Source: Candidatus Latescibacterota bacterium (lineage in GTDB: Bacteria; Latescibacterota; UBA2968; UBA8231). From it: a stretch of 64,000 bases of DNA. Position numbers and translations under genes: made by a program. The stretch covers positions 4,288,001 to 4,352,000 of the forward strand of contig OZ242318.1 of the NCBI GenBank assembly GCA_965208105.1, in the 5' to 3' direction. Shown in pieces: positions 59,571-64,000 of this stretch. How positions within the stretch are numbered: the first letter of the stretch is position 1; the number at the start of each line of letters is the position of its first letter. The notes under the pieces are model-generated. The model was not told the DNA's origin and made no database searches. It saw nothing but the letters and a program-made list of their open reading frames with translations.

Positions 59571-60428
59571 ATGTTCAAAAGCGTAATGCAGGATGTATGG
59601 GCCTTCGACGCGGAATGGGTCCCCGACCCCGATGCGGGACGATTGCTCTATGACCTGCCGGCCGACCTGCCCGATCGCGAAGTCGTCCAGGAAATGTGGC
59701 GCCTGAACGGGGCCACCGAAGAAGCGCCCCGGCCCTTCCTCAAGTACGCCATGTCCCGCCTGGTATCCATTGCCATGGTGACCCGAAGCCAGGATTCCAA
59801 CGGAGATGTTACGCTCGACCTGCGGGTACAGCCCCGGGACCCCGACAACCCCGATGACTGCGACGAAGCCACGATCCTTTCCCGGTTCCTGGAAAGCGTG
59901 GGCCGCCGCCTGCCCCAGCTCGTCGGCTTCAATTCCGCCGGATCCGACTTGCCGGTCATGATTCAGCGGGGGATCATCAAGGGTATCACCGCGGCCGGGT
60001 TCTGCAAGCGGCCGGACAAACCCTGGGAGGGCTACGATTACTTCTCGCGGGCCAGCGAGTGGAACGTGGACCTGATGTCGGCCCTCGGGGAGTGGGGCAA
60101 GGCGCGCCCGTCTCTGAAGGAGATGGCGGTGCTGTCGGGCATACCAGGCAAAATGGGCGGATTCGACGGCGACAGCGTCGCCGAGGCCTGGCTCGACGGC
60201 GGTATCCGGCGCATTGCCCAGTACAACCAGCACGACGCTGTGACGACCTACCTCGTCTGGCTGCGCATGGCCCATTTCGCCGGATTCTTCAACGACGACC
60301 AGTACCGCGAAGAACAGGACCTTGTGCGGTCTACGCTCGAAGAAAAGGCGAAATCACCGGAGAACGGGCACCTGGCCGAATATGTCCGGGAATGGGACCG
60401 GTTGAAGGGGATGGTGGGGGAAGGGTAA
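59571..60428 (+). CDS. PolB-like 3'-5' exonuclease family protein
   Basis: AFDAEWVPD, LVGFNS...DLP, VDLM, GIPGK, YNQHDAVTTY. Confidence 0.88.
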   Translation: MFKSVMQDVWAFDAEWVPDPDAGRLLYDLPADLPDREVVQEMWRLNGATEEAPRPFLKYAMSRLVSIAMVTRSQDSNGDVTLDLRVQPRDPDNPDDCDEATILSRFLESVGRRLPQLVGFNSAGSDLPVMIQRGIIKGITAAGFCKRPDKPWEGYDYFSRASEWNVDLMSALGEWGKARPSLKEMAVLSGIPGKMGGFDGDSVAEAWLDGGIRRIAQYNQHDAVTTYLVWLRMAHFAGFFNDDQYREEQDLVRSTLEEKAKSPENGHLAEYVREWDRLKGMVGEG

Positions 60429-60454
60429 GTGGGGGTAACGGTGAAAGGTAGCGG

Positions 60455-60609
60455 GTCAATTCGTTGTCGTTGAGAGCAAGCACCTGCAAACTCGTCAGGT
60501 TGCCCAGCGAAGAAGGGATGGAACCCGTCAATTCGTTGTGGTCAAGGTTGAGATTTTCAAGGTTGGATAGATCGCCTAATGTCGTAGGGATCGAACCTGA
60601 CAGTGTCAT
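60455..60609 (-). pseudogene. Leucine-rich repeat fragment (plant-type LRR)
   Basis: LSGSIPTTLGDLSNLENLNLDHNELTGSIPSSLGNLTSLQVLALNDNELT; cut on both sides. Confidence 0.8.
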
Positions 60610-60611
60610 GT

Positions 60612-60703
60612 GAGTCGGTGCGACGACCAGCGATCCATCAGGGATTCTACCGAGCCCTTGACAACGGTTTCAGCGAATGGCATAGTACCGATATCGGTGC
60701 CTT
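60612..60703 (+). mobile_element. oriIS remnant 11 (family B, lacking terminal CCTATA)
   Basis: TCGGTGCGACGACCAGCGAT...ACCGATATCGGTGCCTT. Confidence 0.82.
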
Positions 60704-60741
60704 CGGGGGAGGAGCCCGGGTGACTCGGCTCCTCTACCCAC
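60702..60741 (+). ncRNA. Group II intron 3' end remnant (domain VI-like)
   Basis: TTCGGGGGAGGAGCC-CGGGTGACTC-GGCTCCTCTACCCAC: stem, GNRA loop, bulged A, AY end. Confidence 0.55.
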
Positions 60742-60749
60742 TCTTTGGG

Positions 60750-60896
60750 TCGAGGCGTTCAAACACTGGTCTCTTCGCAGTCTGCTGGTTAAAGCTGATC
60801 AAGATCGGCGCGAGGGTGGTCAGGCACAATAGATTTACCACGTTTCAGATGGCCGCGGTGGCGATAGGCCAGCCGTTATTTGCCGAGATAGCTTGA
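60750..60896 (+). mobile_element. IS1380-family transposase C-terminal fragment
   Basis: KHWSLRSLLV / KLIKIGARVVRH.RFTTFQMA.VAI...LFAEI (frameshifted). Confidence 0.75.
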
Positions 60897-60904
60897 AGAA
60901 GACC

Positions 60905-62401
60905 ATGGACATTCCGCTAATCGAACCTCACAAACACCGTCAGCTGTTCGTGGACGACGCCGCGTTGGAAACGGGGGGAGGAGCACAAAACCACGGTTGG
61001 ACGCGGACTATGCATCCACCCAAGAAGTGCGGCCCCGTCATCCGTCCTGATCTATCCCGCGGGCAACGGTCGCTGCAAAGCCGTAGCGCGCCGCAATGGA
61101 ATTCCGAAAAGGGTGTCTGGGAATGGTGGTATTTCGGCGAGCACGTCTACTATGCGACCTCGACCGACGGTGAGAACTGGGATCGTCCATCCCTGGGGCG
61201 TTACGAGTGGGAGGGTTCGAAAGAGAACAACATCGCGGACGATCCCGGCACCGGCGAAAACCAGCGATTGACCCACGTCATTCGCGACGAAGCCGAAAAC
61301 GATCCGGGGCGACGGTACAAAGCGCTCTTCACCCGAAGGGCGGTCATCAATGCGAGCAACCGCTTCCTGGCAACGTCCCCCGACGGGTTCGACTGGGCCA
61401 TTCTGGATCGCCCTCCAATACCCAGCAGCGACGAATGCCACTTCACTTACGACGAGTTCGGCCAGCAGTACCTGGCGCTCGTTAAGCACGGCACTGAATG
61501 GGGGCGCTCGGTTTTTCTTTCCACCAGCAAGGACTTCGAGCAGTTCACCGAACCACAGCTCATCTTTCACTCCGACGAGATCGACCGAGCGAACTGCCGG
61601 CGACGTGTGCGCGAAGTGATCGAAAACCCGGACTATATTACACCGCCCATCGTGGACGATGTGGACTACATAGCCGAAGTCTACCAAATGGCGGTCATGC
61701 CGTACGAGGGATGTTATTTCGGGTTCCCCGGCCTGTTCAATCCGTTCGGAGCCATCGCCCCACCCCTCGGGAACTTCACCCGCATCAACCAGGTGGAGCT
61801 GGCGTTTTCCCGCGACCTCCACAACTGGGATCGGCTCGGGGATCGACAGGTGTTTGTCGGCATCGACCGGTGGGACGGCGAAAGCTACGGCACGAGCCAG
61901 ATCCTGTTGACCGGCCGTCCGGTTGTGCGCCCCGATCTTGGTGAGATCTGGGTTTATTACAACGCCCTGCGCATGCCGGGAGACCGGGAACAATACCAGC
62001 AGCTGGACCGCAACCGGGAACTCTTCAGACTCAATGTGGATCCGGAGCTCTTCGAGGACGGGGGCGCGCTGTCGTTGGCAAAGCTGCGCCTGGACGGTTT
62101 TATCTCGCTCGACGGAGGTGAAGCGGCGACCATTACCACCAAACCGTTCATGCTGAGAGGTGAAGAGGTATACATCAACGTCGACGCCAAATGGGGGGCG
62201 ATCTTTGCCGAAATCGTCGATGGGGAATCCATGGGACGTTTCCCTGGCTTCACCGTCATTGGCGAACCGATCAGCGGCGATCACCTGCGCGCGAAGATAA
62301 TTTGGCAGGGAGAGCACGATCGGGTCTTCGAGCGGCCGGTTCGCATCATCTTCGACCTGCACCAGACGCGCCTCTACTCCTTCTGGCTGCAAAAGGAATG
62401 A
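60905..62401 (+). CDS. Beta-propeller glycoside hydrolase-like protein
   Basis: Close paralog of 32876-34387 (PQWNSEK, VKHGT.WGRSV, NFTRINQ, RLYSFW). Confidence 0.75.
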   Translation: MDIPLIEPHKHRQLFVDDAALETGGGAQNHGWTRTMHPPKKCGPVIRPDLSRGQRSLQSRSAPQWNSEKGVWEWWYFGEHVYYATSTDGENWDRPSLGRYEWEGSKENNIADDPGTGENQRLTHVIRDEAENDPGRRYKALFTRRAVINASNRFLATSPDGFDWAILDRPPIPSSDECHFTYDEFGQQYLALVKHGTEWGRSVFLSTSKDFEQFTEPQLIFHSDEIDRANCRRRVREVIENPDYITPPIVDDVDYIAEVYQMAVMPYEGCYFGFPGLFNPFGAIAPPLGNFTRINQVELAFSRDLHNWDRLGDRQVFVGIDRWDGESYGTSQILLTGRPVVRPDLGEIWVYYNALRMPGDREQYQQLDRNRELFRLNVDPELFEDGGALSLAKLRLDGFISLDGGEAATITTKPFMLRGEEVYINVDAKWGAIFAEIVDGESMGRFPGFTVIGEPISGDHLRAKIIWQGEHDRVFERPVRIIFDLHQTRLYSFWLQKE

Positions 62402-62540
62402 GGCCACGCGGGGGGGTCGAGGAGGCCACGGCTCAACGCCCTGCTTGCACCGACGAGCGATAACACGGTTGATGCCGGCGGCGTTTCGACCGTCGCGGTG
62501 CGCTTGACCTGCGGAACCGGTTCTGAACAAAGGAGCTATC

Positions 62541-63830
62541 ATGACCGTCTTGAGTACTCGCGATCGGGACTTCTGGGAAGAAAACGGCTACGTCGTCATA
62601 CCGAATGCCGTCCCTCAGGAAAACCTGGATGCCGTCATTGAAGCCATGCAGGTGTTCTGCGGTCGCGACTTCTCGAAGCCGGAGGAATGGTACGGCATTC
62701 CCCGCAACCCGGGCAGCAGCCTCATCAACATGATGCGCCACCAAACCCTTTGGGAGAATCGCCAGTGTCCGCGCATCCACCAGGCCTTTGCCGAGATTCT
62801 GGGCACCGAGGCCTTGATCGTCTCGCAGGACCGGGTCGCCATGAATCCGCCCAACCACGGCGACTGGCAGTATGACGGGTTCATACACTGGGACATGGAT
62901 TCGACTCAGAGCCCCATCCCACTGCAAGTGCAGGGTGTCCTCTACCTGGCCGATACCGACGCTAATCAGGGAGGATTTCAATGCGTGCCCGGTTTCCATC
63001 GGAAGCTGGAGGAATGGTCGAAAACCCAACCACCCGACCGCCATCCCAAGTGGCCCGAGGATATGGCAGCCTTCGACGTTCAGCCCATTCCCGGGGAAGC
63101 CGGCGACCTGCTCATATGGCACAGCGCCTTACTCCACGGCAATGGCGCCAACTGCTCCAGCCGCCCCCGCCTGTCCCAGTTTATGCTGATGATGCCGGCC
63201 CGGGATCGAACTGGCAGCGGCGTGTTGCCCCTGGCTCGGACCCACGAGGAGGTCGTCGGTGAAGCCCTCGGTACCCCGCAGGTTCTGGTGGAGCGCTGGT
63301 TGGCTGAACATCGCGGCAGTGACCTGGTGCATGCTCGGATCGAGGAGATACTCGGGGAACACCCCAGCTACCCGGCCTGGAAGATTCGCTCCAACGGCGA
63401 CCTGTTCTTCGCCAAGAAATCGTTGGTAAAGCCGGTAGACGAGACCACCGTGGAGCTTACTCGCTCCGATGCTGAGAGTTTTGGCCTGCCAATCTTGCGC
63501 CACCTGGAAGAAGGCCTGATCGAATCGATCCTGCGCATTCCGCAGCCGCAGCACGAGCCGAAACTCAGTTCCGACCAGCTGGCTCGCTTGCCCGATCTAC
63601 TGCGACAGACTCCGGCCGCTTTCGACCTTGGCGACAGCACCATCTGGAATGAACACCATTGGCAGCACACGATTTCCGGAGGAGCGGCCTTTGGATGCGG
63701 CGACGACCGCATCTGGAACGAGCGGGATGTCGCCTACCTGATGCACGTCGAGTTCGGTCTGGAGCTCGATGTCCGGGACGCCGTGCTCACACCCTTGGGC
63801 CGCAAGCTCGCTGGCGTCGATTCCTGGTAA
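62541..63830 (+). CDS. PhyH family dioxygenase with C-terminal extension
   Basis: FWEENGYVV, IHWD, QGVLYLADT..GGFQCVPGFH, GDLLIWH..LHG, LTPLGRKL. Confidence 0.9.
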   Translation: MTVLSTRDRDFWEENGYVVIPNAVPQENLDAVIEAMQVFCGRDFSKPEEWYGIPRNPGSSLINMMRHQTLWENRQCPRIHQAFAEILGTEALIVSQDRVAMNPPNHGDWQYDGFIHWDMDSTQSPIPLQVQGVLYLADTDANQGGFQCVPGFHRKLEEWSKTQPPDRHPKWPEDMAAFDVQPIPGEAGDLLIWHSALLHGNGANCSSRPRLSQFMLMMPARDRTGSGVLPLARTHEEVVGEALGTPQVLVERWLAEHRGSDLVHARIEEILGEHPSYPAWKIRSNGDLFFAKKSLVKPVDETTVELTRSDAESFGLPILRHLEEGLIESILRIPQPQHEPKLSSDQLARLPDLLRQTPAAFDLGDSTIWNEHHWQHTISGGAAFGCGDDRIWNERDVAYLMHVEFGLELDVRDAVLTPLGRKLAGVDSW

Positions 63831-63932
63831 TCGCAACTTCCCGCTTCACGCCGCGAGCCGGGATGGGTCGGCGGCAGCATGTCAGCATGGGGAATGCCCA
63901 GTAACATTTTCGCCGAAAACTGGAGGAAGCTC

Positions 63933-64000
63933 ATGTCCGAATTCGTTTTTCCCGACCTGCAGGGCATAAGCGACGCCTACGATCGAGACGGTTACGCCAT
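63933..64000 (+). CDS. Probable PhyH family gene, runs off the window
   Basis: RBS GGAGG; MSEFVF...AYDRDGYA. Confidence 0.5.
   Translation, partial: MSEFVFPDLQGISDAYDRDGYA

Noticed and set aside
14160-64000. Integron cassette array
   Set aside because: No tyrosine integrase and no attC-like RYYYAAC...GTTRRRY palindromes seen; blocks are multi-gene and cut mid-gene, and the repeats carry transposase tails.
1-64000. CRISPR array, cas genes, rRNA, tRNA
   Set aside because: No regularly spaced short repeats, Cas motifs or recognisable RNA genes.

Overview
GC-rich bacterial DNA. FlgD-type 'YPNPFN' C-terminal domains, many PhyH and Gfo/Idh/MocA enzymes, ankyrin proteins and an LRR fragment suggest (inference only) a Latescibacterota/Gemmatimonadota/Poribacteria-like, possibly host-associated organism. 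Bases 1-14158 are backbone-like: an ABC binding protein, glgB, a GT3-like glycogen synthase, and a LolA-like/ABC permease operon interrupted by MITEs, ridA and two vapBC pairs. From about 14160 to the end (~50 kb) the window is a mosaic of short enzyme-gene blocks punctuated by 11 co-oriented remnants of the right (oriIS) end of IS91/ISCR-family rolling-circle elements. These remnants share a fixed 3' end (hairpin + CCTATA), are cut at different points on the 5' side, belong to at least two sequence families, and all are followed by a co-oriented gene or gene fragment. Only fragments of the IS91 transposase remain, and many neighbouring genes are cut at the junctions. The best candidate for an undescribed system is this oriIS-punctuated, Helitron-like or integron-like gene-accretion array. 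An assembly artefact must be excluded. No rRNA, tRNA, CRISPR array or integron integrase was seen. All family assignments come from motif recognition by eye, not database searches.
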